From a virus: 64,000 nucleotides of DNA. The notes under the pieces were generated by a model. That model was not told the origin of the DNA and ran no database searches. It saw only the letters and a program-made list of their open reading frames with translations. This document shows positions 35,500 to 44,530 of the stretch, in pieces; the first letter of the stretch is position 1; each line of letters opens with the position of its first letter. A program made the position numbers and the translations under genes. The stretch covers positions 26,049-90,048 of IMG/VR virus record IMGVR_UViG_3300028794_000198; one strand, written 5' to 3'.

Positions 35500-35889
35500 A
35501 TGCGCCCCGCCGACTACCGCGACTACCTCGTCGACCTGCTCAAGAACAGCTCTGACGTGCAGCGAGTGCAGGTCATCGACTCCGGCAAGCATCCTTACGC
35601 CCTGGCCGCGACGGTGGCGGGCAAGGAGCGCCGCTGGCAGGTGATCGGCCAGCTGGCGGACGGCGCAAAGCACGCGACTCCGACGGCGCCGGTGCACTCA
35701 GGCCCGCCCGCGTACACAGCGGCGCCCGCCACTGGCGCGCCGGATGCGTGGCTGGCCGGTGTGATCGGTGCTGCGGAGCCTGCGGACACGGAGCGGCTTG
35801 AGGTGTGGTCGACACGCAAGAAGACGGGCGAGCCCGGGGTGACCGTGCATTTTCACAACGGCGAGCGCGCCTTCGTGCGCCTCATCTGA
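35500..35889 (+). CDS. Hypothetical protein
   Basis: AAAGGA RBS. Confidence 0.7.
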   Translation: MRPADYRDYLVDLLKNSSDVQRVQVIDSGKHPYALAATVAGKERRWQVIGQLADGAKHATPTAPVHSGPPAYTAAPATGAPDAWLAGVIGAAEPADTERLEVWSTRKKTGEPGVTVHFHNGERAFVRLI

Positions 35890-35966
35890 GCCCTTCCTGC
35901 GACTGGCCGGCTGCCGCATCGTGGGTCGCGCAGGAAGCACCTCCGCCCGTTGAAGGAGATCTGCTC

Positions 35967-36116
35967 ATGCGCAACCGTGTCGACCCCACCCAGTGCTCGG
36001 CCTCCTGTCCCGTCTGCGGCGCCTACGGCAGCGCAGAGCCCGGCCAGCCGACAGCTCAGCATCAGGCTCAGGGCAGCCGCGAGATGTGTCCTGGCAGCGG
36101 CCAGCCGGCCGTCTGA
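35967..36116 (+). CDS. Small Zn-ribbon protein
   Basis: AAGGAG RBS; CPVCG...H...CPGSG. Confidence 0.6.
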   Translation: MRNRVDPTQCSASCPVCGAYGSAEPGQPTAQHQAQGSREMCPGSGQPAV

Positions 36117-36127
36117 GCGCGCACGCG

Positions 36128-36160
36128 AAAAAGCCCCGCACCATCAGGTGCGGGGCTTCG
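36128..36160. terminator. Terminator between convergent operons
   Basis: AAGCCCCGCACC-atca-GGTGCGGGGCTT with a T-run on the minus strand. Confidence 0.8.
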
Positions 36161-36178
36161 CCGTGTCCCGGTTGCCCC

Positions 36179-36457
36179 TCAGTCCTCTTCCGCCGCGTGC
36201 GCCAGTTCGTTGGCGAGCCGCTTCAGCGCCCGGTCCGCATTGGCGGGCACTTCGCGCATGTCTTCGTCGCCGTCTGCAGTGGCTGCTTCGAGGAGGGCGC
36301 GGATCGGTGCCCGGAGTTCGAGGACGGCTTCCCGGAGTTCCAGGAGGATCTCCTGCGCGCTGTCGGCGTCCGCGGGCAGGTCGGTGACGTCGAGTTTGGC
36401 GGCGGCGGCGCGGATCTGGGCGGCGAGTTCCTTGCTGAGACGGACGTTGCGGGGCAT
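36179..36457 (-). CDS. Hypothetical protein
   Basis: Helical ORF before the terminator. Confidence 0.6.
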   Translation of the reverse strand: MPRNVRLSKELAAQIRAAAAKLDVTDLPADADSAQEILLELREAVLELRAPIRALLEAATADGDEDMREVPANADRALKRLANELAHAAEED

Positions 36458-36472
36458 CAGGGCTTCTGTCGG

Positions 36473-36622
36473 TCAGAGGATGTGCAGGAGGGTCCACAGC
36501 GCGGCCTTGAGTACCCAGTTGACGAGCGTGAGCATCCCGAGCGCGGCAACGATCAGGGCGGCGCCTCGCGGGACGCGGACCTCTTCGTTCAGCCAGTGCG
36601 GGTCGCGGTCGGTCACGCTCAC
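36473..36622 (-). CDS. Small membrane protein
   Basis: GTGA overlap; one TM. Confidence 0.5.
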   Translation of the reverse strand: MSVTDRDPHWLNEEVRVPRGAALIVAALGMLTLVNWVLKAALWTLLHIL

Positions 36623-37077
36623 CGCCGCCGCCGCGCCGGCCCATGCGACGGCTGCCAGGCGGGCCGGTCGCGTGGTCGGGGCGGCTTGCCGCAGTCGTCG
36701 CACCCGACGGCCTCGGGTAGGTGCCGGAAGGCTTCTTTGATCTGCCTGAACTGGTCGGCGACGCGTTGGAGCAGCGGCTGGAACGCGGCACGGAGACTCT
36801 CCTGCATCTCGGCCAGGACCGCTTGCGCTTCGATGGCCGCGAGATCCGCGTGCGGGCCAGGTCGTCCGAGTTCGGCGGCGATGACGGCTGCCTGGGCTTC
36901 GGCCGGGGTGAGGTCATGCCGTTCGATGAGCCGGCCGATGAGGACGTTGGCCCCGTTCATCCGTGGGCGCACAGCCGGTGGGGGCGGCAGGTCGGGCGCC
37001 CACCGCATGGCGCCGCCGCTGACGTCCCAGTCGTCGAGGGCGGTGTCGATCTGGCCGAGGACGTCGTCGGTGCGCAT
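36619..37077 (-). CDS. Hypothetical protein
   Basis: AAGGAG RBS. Confidence 0.65.
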   Translation of the reverse strand: MRTDDVLGQIDTALDDWDVSGGAMRWAPDLPPPPAVRPRMNGANVLIGRLIERHDLTPAEAQAAVIAAELGRPGPHADLAAIEAQAVLAEMQESLRAAFQPLLQRVADQFRQIKEAFRHLPEAVGCDDCGKPPRPRDRPAWQPSHGPARRRR

Positions 37078-37078
37078 C

Positions 37079-37336
37079 TCAGGTCTCCTTCTGGTGGTGC
37101 GGGCAGCTGCACGGCGCCATGTCCTGCTTGCGGGTGAGCCGACAGGAGGCGTGCTGCCGTCCGGCCCACAGCAGGAGTTCGTCGGCCATGTCGGGGCGCC
37201 GTAGGCCGGCTACTTCGAGGGCGCGGGCCATCTGGCAGGCGGTGGAGTCGTAGGGGCCGAGGTCGACGACGGCGAGGAGGTGGTCGGGGAGTTTGTCGCG
37301 GTCGCTGCCGGGCGGCGGCGGGGTCCAATCGGTCAC
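37079..37336 (-). CDS. Hypothetical Cys/His protein
   Basis: STAC...H..CR...CSCPHH. Confidence 0.65.
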   Translation of the reverse strand: MTDWTPPPPGSDRDKLPDHLLAVVDLGPYDSTACQMARALEVAGLRRPDMADELLLWAGRQHASCRLTRKQDMAPCSCPHHQKET

Positions 37337-37554
37337 TGCTGCTCCTTCTGCCGGTCGAGCTGGTCGATGAGCTGCGCCGCCCCGTCGCTGAAGCTGCGCT
37401 CCGGCGCTCCAGCAGGGCAGTCGTGTCCGCAGAGCGGGCAGATCCGGGCGTTGATGGCGTCCCGTATCCAGCGCCTGGCGGTGTGGGCGGCGGCATACGC
37501 CGAGGGTCCGAGGATGATGCCGACGGCGAGCGCGATCCAGTTGGCGGTACTCAC
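37333..37554 (-). CDS. Small membrane protein with CxxC
   Basis: GTGA overlap. Confidence 0.55.
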   Translation of the reverse strand: MSTANWIALAVGIILGPSAYAAAHTARRWIRDAINARICPLCGHDCPAGAPERSFSDGAAQLIDQLDRQKEQQ

Positions 37555-37772
37555 TTGCCGCCTTGTCCGGCTCGGTGCCCGTTCTTCTCGTGGCGTTCTG
37601 CTGCGGCGATGAGGACGGCGAGGGACGGGATGTCGTCGTTGGTGTCCCAGGTGCCGACGTCGCCGACGCCGATCAGGTTGTTGTTGCAGGCGTCGCAGGT
37701 GAGGGCGACGGTTGGGTGTCCGCCGGTGGGGTCGTCGCCGGTGACGTGGTACTCGTCGAGATTGACCATCAC
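37551..37772 (-). CDS. Small CxxC protein
   Basis: GTGA overlap. Confidence 0.55.
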   Translation of the reverse strand: MMVNLDEYHVTGDDPTGGHPTVALTCDACNNNLIGVGDVGTWDTNDDIPSLAVLIAAAERHEKNGHRAGQGGK

Positions 37773-38359
37773 TCGCCCTCGCTTTCCAGCGGCCAGCGCA
37801 GGTCGTCGCTGCTGGTCGGCGAGTTGTCCGCCCCGTTGTCCACCGACTCGCACGCCCTGACCTGCACGTTCGCGATTGTGGGCCCGTTTTTGTCCGCCGG
37901 AATGTCCGCAGCGGTGTCCGTGGGTCCGTCGAGTGCGGCAAGGGTGTCGCGCGCCTGGTCGATGGCCTGCACGCGGACCGAGGAGGCGATGGTCATCTCG
38001 CAAAGGCGGCGCACGCGGGCGATGGCAGCTTCGGCGCGTTCGGCCCGCTGCTTCTGTTCGTTGGCGTAGGCGACGGCCTCGGCCCGTTGCCCGACAGCCG
38101 TCACCTTCTCGGTGATCTTGACGGCGAACTCGCGCATCGCCGCGTACCCGATGTGGTGGCCACAGAAGACGAACGCCCCATGCTGCCGGGCGTCGGCGAT
38201 GTCGCCGATCAGTTCGTTGACGAGATCGGGGCGCGGGCAGTCCATGAGCGTGCAGACGATCCGACTGTCGTCGCCGAGGCGCAGGGTGGGGTTTCCGCAG
38301 GCGGGGCAGAAGCCGTGGACGTCGCGGGCGTGGATCGAGGGCAGGGGCCGGCTGGTCAT
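37769..38359 (-). CDS. Zn-ribbon/coiled-coil hypothetical protein
   Basis: CPACG..TL...C...CPRP. Confidence 0.65.
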   Translation of the reverse strand: MTSRPLPSIHARDVHGFCPACGNPTLRLGDDSRIVCTLMDCPRPDLVNELIGDIADARQHGAFVFCGHHIGYAAMREFAVKITEKVTAVGQRAEAVAYANEQKQRAERAEAAIARVRRLCEMTIASSVRVQAIDQARDTLAALDGPTDTAADIPADKNGPTIANVQVRACESVDNGADNSPTSSDDLRWPLESEGE

Positions 38360-38529
38360 GTAGTCCTCCTCCGTGCTGCGCGTCGTGTCTCCCGGTTGGC
38401 GGGTGGTGGTGGGGCGAGTTCCTCGTCGTCGTCTTCGACCACGGTCTCGCTGGGTCGGACGATGACGGTCTCCCAGTCGCGGCCTCGCTTGCCGGCGTGT
38501 TCGCGGCGGGGGTTGGATGGGCCGGTCAC
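38356..38529 (-). CDS. Small hypothetical protein
   Basis: NRETRRA; coupled. Confidence 0.5.
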   Translation of the reverse strand: MTGPSNPRREHAGKRGRDWETVIVRPSETVVEDDDEELAPPPPANRETRRAARRRTT

Positions 38530-38813
38530 GGCTGGCCTCCGGTGTTGATGGCCCGCGCGATGGCAAGAGTTTCGGGTCCGCCGACGCGGTTGAGGAGGTC
38601 GGGGTCGAGTTCGCCGATGCGCGCCCATGCTTCGAAGACGTCGGCGAGGAGTGTGCCGACGTGGGGGTCCATGGCTGCCGGGTCGGGGCGCACGTTTCCG
38701 AAGAGGTCGCGGGTGCCTTTGCGGATCACGGCGCCGATCCCCTGTCCGGCTCGTTGGGCACGCTCACGCAACCGGGTTGCTGCGGCTCGGAGTTCGTCGC
38801 TGGGGCTGGTCAC
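38526..38813 (-). CDS. Hypothetical protein
   Basis: Coupled ORF. Confidence 0.6.
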   Translation of the reverse strand: MTSPSDELRAAATRLRERAQRAGQGIGAVIRKGTRDLFGNVRPDPAAMDPHVGTLLADVFEAWARIGELDPDLLNRVGGPETLAIARAINTGGQP

Positions 38814-39202
38814 AGGTACTCCCTACGGTTGATCGTGATGTCGCTGATGGCGCGGAGCCGTTCTTCGGTGAGCAGTTCGCCGTGGCGTCCTTGTCCGCGT
38901 AGGTCTTGGAGGCGGGGGTCGACGGGTGTGGGAGCCCAGTCGGCTTCGTCGTCCTGCCAGAGGGGCTCGCAGTCGACGGGCGCGGTCACGGCTGCTGCTC
39001 GGGGCGATGTGGTCGGCGGCGTTGAGCGCGGACAGCATGGTGACGTTGCCGGGCTTCTTCGGGTCGTGGGCGTTCCAGGCTGCGCGGATGCGTTCGGCGA
39101 GGTGGTGGGCGTGCTCGTCGAGGACGGCTTGCAGTAGCTGTTCGTCGTAGGCGCCGGTGACACCGAACTCGGCGGCGAAGCGGTCGCGTGCGGGGTGGTC
39201 GG

Positions 39203-39472
39203 TCATGGTGCCTCGATGCCGGGGATGTCGCGGTCTGCTTCTTGCCGGATGTTGTTGATCTCGGCGTCGTACTGGGTGATGGCGGTGTGGACTTGGGTCC
39301 AGAGGGTGCGCAGCGGGGTGCCTGGCTCGGGCGCCCATTGGTCGAGGACGTCGCGGACGTTCTGGACGCGTGAGCCCTGGTAGTCGCCGATGCGGGCGTT
39401 GAGGTGCTGCCGTTTGAGTTCGGCGTTCCTGCCTTCGACGAGGGCCAGGACGGCGGGCGGGATGTCGGTCAC
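39203..39472 (-). CDS. Hypothetical protein
   Basis: GTGA overlap. Confidence 0.55.
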   Translation of the reverse strand: MTDIPPAVLALVEGRNAELKRQHLNARIGDYQGSRVQNVRDVLDQWAPEPGTPLRTLWTQVHTAITQYDAEINNIRQEADRDIPGIEAP

Positions 39473-39843
39473 TGGCCGTTCCTGTCGTGTAGGCCGAGGG
39501 CGTGGCGCACTCCTGGGTAGCGGTCGTTGGCGTAGGACTGGCGCTGGATCTGGAAGTCGACGGGAAGCCCGGTGCGCTGCCGGGCGAGTTCGCTGATGGC
39601 TGCACAGAGCAGGTCCCAGCGCCCGTCGGGCTGGCCGTCGGCGACCGGCGGGAACAGGTCGGCGAACTCGTGGTCCGGAAGGATCAGCCGGACATCGACG
39701 TCGCGCCACTGCTTGCCGACGGCGGCGGAGCCGACGAGGTAGGGCAGGTGCCCGAACGCCGCGTCGACCTCGCGGCCGAACGCGTCGAGGTGGAGGGCGG
39801 CGGGCATACCGACGCCGATCATGGGTCTGGACTGCTCGGTCAT
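39469..39843 (-). CDS. Minimal nucleotidyltransferase-like protein (Pol-beta superfamily)
   Basis: YLVGSA.....RDVDV (hGS..DxD); third Asp in PVDFQ. Confidence 0.7.
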   Translation of the reverse strand: MTEQSRPMIGVGMPAALHLDAFGREVDAAFGHLPYLVGSAAVGKQWRDVDVRLILPDHEFADLFPPVADGQPDGRWDLLCAAISELARQRTGLPVDFQIQRQSYANDRYPGVRHALGLHDRNGQ

Positions 39844-40163
39844 GCGGCTTCCTCAATCTCGGTCCGGTCATCGGTGTCGCCGCGCGCCCAGCTCGGCCCT
39901 GGACGCCCTGTGGGCGGCTCTGCGGGCTCAGGGGCCGCCCGGAGGTCGCCCGGGAGCCCTGAACCCCCCTCAGCCCCTCCAGCGGGCGCCCAGATACCGC
40001 GAACGGCCTGCCACGCCCACCGGCAGCCGCACCACGCCACAACACCCGCCGCGTACACGGCCAGCCCCGCCACCCCGCACAGCAGGAACACCCACACCGC
40101 ACCCGCACGCAGCAGGACGGGGATCGTGTCGACGGCCTCGGCGAAGAGCTGCGCGGTGGTCAT
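39840..40163 (-). CDS. Membrane protein
   Basis: TM segment; coupled. Confidence 0.55.
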   Translation of the reverse strand: MTTAQLFAEAVDTIPVLLRAGAVWVFLLCGVAGLAVYAAGVVAWCGCRWAWQAVRGIWAPAGGAEGGSGLPGDLRAAPEPAEPPTGRPGPSWARGDTDDRTEIEEAA

Positions 40164-40606
40164 GAGCCGGACTCCTCAGCCGCCGGGTGGTACGGCAGCC
40201 GGAGCGGCTCTGGCATGAGTCCGACGCTCGGAACATGCTCGGCCTCAACGGTGTAGCTGGTGTCCGCCCGGACCAACCGGAACGCCCACTGGTCGCCGTA
40301 CCGGGTGACGACGCCGTCATAGTCCTCGCGCGCCTCGTCCCGGTCGTGACGGTCGGCGAGCCAGCGCTGCCAGACACCGCGCCGGTAGGTCTGGATCGTC
40401 CAGGCACTGTCGGGTGGGAACGGCTGCACGGCGGCCCTGAGGCGGAGTTCGGCTGCGCGCTTCCGTGTGTCCTCGGCGACGGGGCAGTGGCAGATCGTCC
40501 ACGCATCGTCCTGGGTGCCGTGGTCTGGGCAGCGAGCTTCGATGTTGGCGGCCTGGGCGTCCATGACTGCTGCGTGGTCCGAGAGCGAAGGGAGTCCGTC
40601 GGCCAT
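40160..40606 (-). CDS. Hypothetical protein
   Basis: AAGGAG RBS. Confidence 0.6.
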   Translation of the reverse strand: MADGLPSLSDHAAVMDAQAANIEARCPDHGTQDDAWTICHCPVAEDTRKRAAELRLRAAVQPFPPDSAWTIQTYRRGVWQRWLADRHDRDEAREDYDGVVTRYGDQWAFRLVRADTSYTVEAEHVPSVGLMPEPLRLPYHPAAEESGS

Positions 40607-40607
40607 G

Positions 40608-42248
40608 TCAGTGCTCCTTGCCGGGCTGAGACGCGGCGGCGCGGTCTTCGATCGCCCGGACAACAGCCCGGTACCGGCGCGCCTTGGCCACGGCCTCGTC
40701 GTTCCAGCCGTGTTGCTGCTGCATCTCCTCCAGCGTGCCGTGCATGCACGTCTCGTCGTGGACGGCCTGTTCGCAGTCCCAGCCGCAGAGGACGGCCCAC
40801 AGCCATGCGTCGACGCGGTAGGTGCCCCAGTCGCGGCTGCTGGTGGCGAGGAGGGTGTGCAGACCCTCGAACATGGCGGCGAGCGTCTGCGTCTCGTCTG
40901 CCGGTTCCTCGCCAGCCCCGGCCGGGACAACGGTGGGCTGCGCGTCGTCGGCCACCTGGCGCAGCGCTTCTTTGCGCGCGCGGTCGAGGCGCTGCTCCGC
41001 CAGTCGACGCAGCCACGAAACAATCACCGGGCGAACCTCATACGGGACCGGGCCGATAGCGGCACCAACGTCCATGTGCTCGGCCGCAGACCGGAGAGCC
41101 TCCATGGCGCCTTCATGGCGGGCTCGGGTAACGCGCTGCTGATGCATGGTCTCCTCGGGCTGCCGCGTGGCGGTGACTGTGCAGCAGGAGCACGACGGCG
41201 GGCACGGACACTCGCCGTCGTAGCCGTCCGGGTGGACGCACACGCCTGCCGACTGCTGCGTCTCGTCGGCCAGGCGGCGCAGCTCGGCGGCGTCCGCGAG
41301 GATCACGTCCCGCGCGCTTGGCGACGCGTCAGCCGCCTGGCGGGCCAGGTGGTCAGCGGTTTCGTTGAGCACGGCGGCCCGGCCGTCGGATGCGGCGGCC
41401 TCCATCTGCCGGACGTGGGCTTCGGTCAGCCCCTGGACCTCGGCCGTCAGGTCTTCGGCCCGGTCGCGGATCGCCTCCCAGTTGGCTGCTGTGCCGAGGC
41501 CGAGGGCGGTCGACAGGGCGAGCCGGTACGCCTCCTCGGCGGCGGAGTCGGCTGGCGGCGGCAACACGGCAGCGAGTGCAGCCACGGCGATGTTCCTCGG
41601 GTCGTCTTCGACGCAACTGCCGTTGTCGCTGCGCCCGCACTGCTCCCACACGGCGGAGGCGATCGCCTCCAACTGCGGATGGCCGTCGGTCCAGTCGACG
41701 GCGGCCAGCCCGTTGCGGATCTCGTCCCGCAGTTCACAGCCCGCGCAGCCCAGGTTCACGCCGAGATTGTCGTGCCGGGCGACGGAGCCGTGGAGTGCGG
41801 AGAGGTAGGCCTCGGTACGGCGCAGCAGGTCGGCGCTTCGTGTGGTGTGTGCTGCCTGCCCGACAGACGAGACAGCAGACGCGGCAGCGGGCGGGCTCGG
41901 GTCCGCGTCGTAGGCGGCCAGGTTCTCCCGCGCGGCGGCCAGCCGGGCGCAGTGCTCGCACGGCTTACCGGAGGTGTCCCACACGCCGGGGCGTTCGTGG
42001 GCGTGGCGGGGGCTCCGGTAACCGAGCACGTACCGGAGGTCTTCCGCGAGCGCGGCGATCCGGTCCCGTAGTGCGGTCTCTGCGGACTGCGCGACAGCAG
42101 ACGAGGCGGTGAGGCGCTGGACCTGCTCGCGGAGGACGACGACCTGGCCTATCAGCCAGACAGCGCCGCCGGACGTCACCCCGCCGGTCTCGGCGTACTC
42201 GGCACGTAGGTCATCAAGCTGGTAGTCGTCGTGCGGGTTGGTGGTCAC
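40608..42248 (-). CDS. Large mosaic early protein (Ead/Ea22-like coiled coils and Cys clusters)
   Basis: AGGAG RBS; modular CxxC segments. Confidence 0.65.
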   Translation of the reverse strand: MTTNPHDDYQLDDLRAEYAETGGVTSGGAVWLIGQVVVLREQVQRLTASSAVAQSAETALRDRIAALAEDLRYVLGYRSPRHAHERPGVWDTSGKPCEHCARLAAARENLAAYDADPSPPAAASAVSSVGQAAHTTRSADLLRRTEAYLSALHGSVARHDNLGVNLGCAGCELRDEIRNGLAAVDWTDGHPQLEAIASAVWEQCGRSDNGSCVEDDPRNIAVAALAAVLPPPADSAAEEAYRLALSTALGLGTAANWEAIRDRAEDLTAEVQGLTEAHVRQMEAAASDGRAAVLNETADHLARQAADASPSARDVILADAAELRRLADETQQSAGVCVHPDGYDGECPCPPSCSCCTVTATRQPEETMHQQRVTRARHEGAMEALRSAAEHMDVGAAIGPVPYEVRPVIVSWLRRLAEQRLDRARKEALRQVADDAQPTVVPAGAGEEPADETQTLAAMFEGLHTLLATSSRDWGTYRVDAWLWAVLCGWDCEQAVHDETCMHGTLEEMQQQHGWNDEAVAKARRYRAVVRAIEDRAAASQPGKEH

Positions 42249-42307
42249 GGTGCTGCTCCTTCGGGTGGGGCCGGCCGCCGCCGGGAAGACGACGGCAGGG
42301 GCGGGGG

Positions 42308-42754
42308 TCAGAACAGCTCGGCGGCGATCGCCTCGCCCGAGCCGGTGATGAAGGCCCGGCGGGCGTCGTCGGGCATGTCGGCGGGGAATGCGAAGTGGAC
42401 GCGCACGATGGGCCGTTCGTCGCCCTTGAAGGTCAGGCAGTCGCTGGTCGGCTGGAGTCCGTCGGCGCCGAGGTCCACGGCCCACTCGGACAGGTCGACC
42501 GCCCCGTTGATGAGCTTGTCGAAGCTGCGCTGAGCGGCGTCCCAGGTGTCGTCGTCAAGCTGGTCCCAGGTGCGGCCGGTCACCGGTTCGGTACCGGTCT
42601 CCGGGTCGGGGTCGACGACGGTGGAGTCGATGGAGGCGCCCTCCATCTGCTCGCCGATGCCCATGAAGTCGGGGTCCTGCTGGGCTCCGAAGAGCTGGCG
42701 GGCCGCCTCCGCGCGGAGGTCGTTGTCGGTGTACGGGCGGTCGGTGGTGGTCAT
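42308..42754 (-). CDS. Hypothetical protein
   Basis: AGGAG RBS. Confidence 0.7.
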   Translation of the reverse strand: MTTTDRPYTDNDLRAEAARQLFGAQQDPDFMGIGEQMEGASIDSTVVDPDPETGTEPVTGRTWDQLDDDTWDAAQRSFDKLINGAVDLSEWAVDLGADGLQPTSDCLTFKGDERPIVRVHFAFPADMPDDARRAFITGSGEAIAAELF

Positions 42755-42888
42755 GTCGGGTCTCCTGTCGGTGAGGTGGTTGCGGTTTCAGATCGGGGCT
42801 GGAAGCTCACAGGCGGCCCTAGGAGCCGTCAGGAGCGTCCGGGAGGACGCGGGGGGCCTCGACGGGCTGCACGGCGCTCCTGACCCCG

Positions 42889-43107
42889 CTACGGCGGCAC
42901 GGACGGGGCATCGACGGCCACCGGCACGATGTGCGCACCACCGCAACGCCCGCACGCCACCACGTCCCGCCGCCACCCCGACGCGAACGCCGACGTGATC
43001 TCCGCCTGCGACGCCACCCCCACCGACGCGAACCTCGGCAGGCCAGTGGGGCAGGCAGTGGCGGGGCGCAGGACGGCTGGCGGATGACGCAGCCACGGGC
43101 GCGGCAT
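42889..43107 (-). CDS. Small Zn-binding protein
   Basis: CPTG...CGRCGGAH; TGATG coupling. Confidence 0.5.
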   Translation of the reverse strand: MPRPWLRHPPAVLRPATACPTGLPRFASVGVASQAEITSAFASGWRRDVVACGRCGGAHIVPVAVDAPSVPP

Positions 43108-43316
43108 CAGGCACCGTCCTTCGACCGCGACTTGCCCGGCTTCGCCGTCAGCAGCCCGTCCCGCACCGCCATCAGGCGCACCGCCCGCTCCAGCACCGCA
43201 GCCAGGACCTGCCCCGGGTAGCAGTCGGCGATGATCCGCTCGGCGTCCGGCGTCAAGTACTTGCGGGTCGACGGGCGGCGGCGGGGAGGCGGGGTGGGGG
43301 TCGTGCGGTCGGGCAT
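43107..43316 (-). CDS. Hypothetical protein
   Basis: AAGGGAG RBS. Confidence 0.55.
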   Translation of the reverse strand: MPDRTTPTPPPRRRPSTRKYLTPDAERIIADCYPGQVLAAVLERAVRLMAVRDGLLTAKPGKSRSKDGA

Positions 43317-43388
43317 CAGGTGCTCCCTTGCGGCTGGATAGGGTTCGGGGCAGACCCGGGCCGCTACAGACGGCCCGGGTCGCTGCGT

Positions 43389-44261
43389 TCACGGGGCGGT
43401 GCAGGAGGCGCGCGGCCGACCGCAGTTCGCGCAGTTCGCCAGACGGTGCTCCGCCTCGCTCTCGCCCCGGTACGCCTTCTCGTAGCCGGGGCAGCCGCGC
43501 TCACGGACGTCGGCATCGCGCTCCAACGTGGAAGCGGCGTCGTCGGCCCACTCGCCGTCGTAGGTGTCGCGAACGAACTCGCCGCAGCGGCGCATGATCT
43601 GGGCCTCGCGACTGGCCAGCACCTGAGCCGCTTCGTCCTTCGGCGCCTCAACCCCGACGGTCACCCGCGAGATCAAGTGCAGAGCACCGAGCGCGTTGCT
43701 GCCGGGGTCCTCCAGGTCGTAGCAGAGGGCGGCCAGAGCGGCGCGGGCCTCGACTGCCGGGCCCTCCAACTCGGCGACGCGGGCGCGGAGCTTGTCCACG
43801 TCGGCCTTCGGCGTGATCAGCTCGAAGGCGTTAGTCCACGGGCAGTTCATCGACGAGTGCTCGCCGATCACTTCCTCCGGGGCGACGGCGTAGGCCAGCT
43901 TGTCGGCGATCTCCTGCGCCCGGTCGCGGTCGTCGATGGTGTCGGTGAGCATGCGGTCCAGATCGGTGATGTGCCGCACGGCGATCGCCTTCGCACCCTC
44001 GGTTCCGATCCGGTAGGCCTGGTAGTTCTCGCGCTCCTGGGCAAGCTCGGCGCGGAGGCGGTTGACCTCGACGGTCAACTCCTCGTTGCCGGGAGCCCAC
44101 CCGGCGGCGCGCAATGCGGCGACGTACCAGCCACGGCAACGCTCGCAGTCGGGGCAGACGCGGTCACCGGGCTCGGAGCCGCAGTCTCCGCAGATGGCTC
44201 CGGCGTCGGACAGGGCCTGGATGGCGATGTCATCGATCGGTTGGACGGGCGGGTTGCTCAT
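43389..44261 (-). CDS. Coiled-coil/Cys early protein (Ea22-like)
   Basis: CxxC pairs; LRARVAELE. Confidence 0.7.
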   Translation of the reverse strand: MSNPPVQPIDDIAIQALSDAGAICGDCGSEPGDRVCPDCERCRGWYVAALRAAGWAPGNEELTVEVNRLRAELAQERENYQAYRIGTEGAKAIAVRHITDLDRMLTDTIDDRDRAQEIADKLAYAVAPEEVIGEHSSMNCPWTNAFELITPKADVDKLRARVAELEGPAVEARAALAALCYDLEDPGSNALGALHLISRVTVGVEAPKDEAAQVLASREAQIMRRCGEFVRDTYDGEWADDAASTLERDADVRERGCPGYEKAYRGESEAEHRLANCANCGRPRASCTAP

Positions 44262-44328
44262 CGGATCTCTCCTTCGGTGGGTGGTCAGGCGGCGGTGCTG
44301 TCGCGGTGCGGGGCGGGGGTGGCGGGGG

Positions 44329-44520
44329 TTAGGCGGCCCTCCCGTGTCGGCGCTGCTCGCGGGCGCGGTGGATTTCGGAGTACGCGGACAGGAGGCGGCT
44401 GGTGGCCCAGCAGTGGCCGCAGGCCGGGCACTGGTAGCCGTGAACGATCGAGTCGTTGCGGCGTCGGGCGGCGGCCGGATTCACGCCGCGCTCGCAGCAG
44501 TTGGGGCAGGAGTCGGTCAC
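44329..44520 (-). CDS. Small Zn-ribbon protein
   Basis: CPNC...YQCPACGH.W. Confidence 0.55.
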   Translation of the reverse strand: MTDSCPNCCERGVNPAAARRRNDSIVHGYQCPACGHCWATSRLLSAYSEIHRAREQRRHGRAA

Positions 44521-44530
44521 GGCGCCGGCC

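Noticed and set aside
23059-36116. Independent complete AICE or plasmid inserted in the phage
   Set aside because: No integrase, excisionase or RepSA/RepAM gene and no att repeats seen in the block; not fully excluded without alignment
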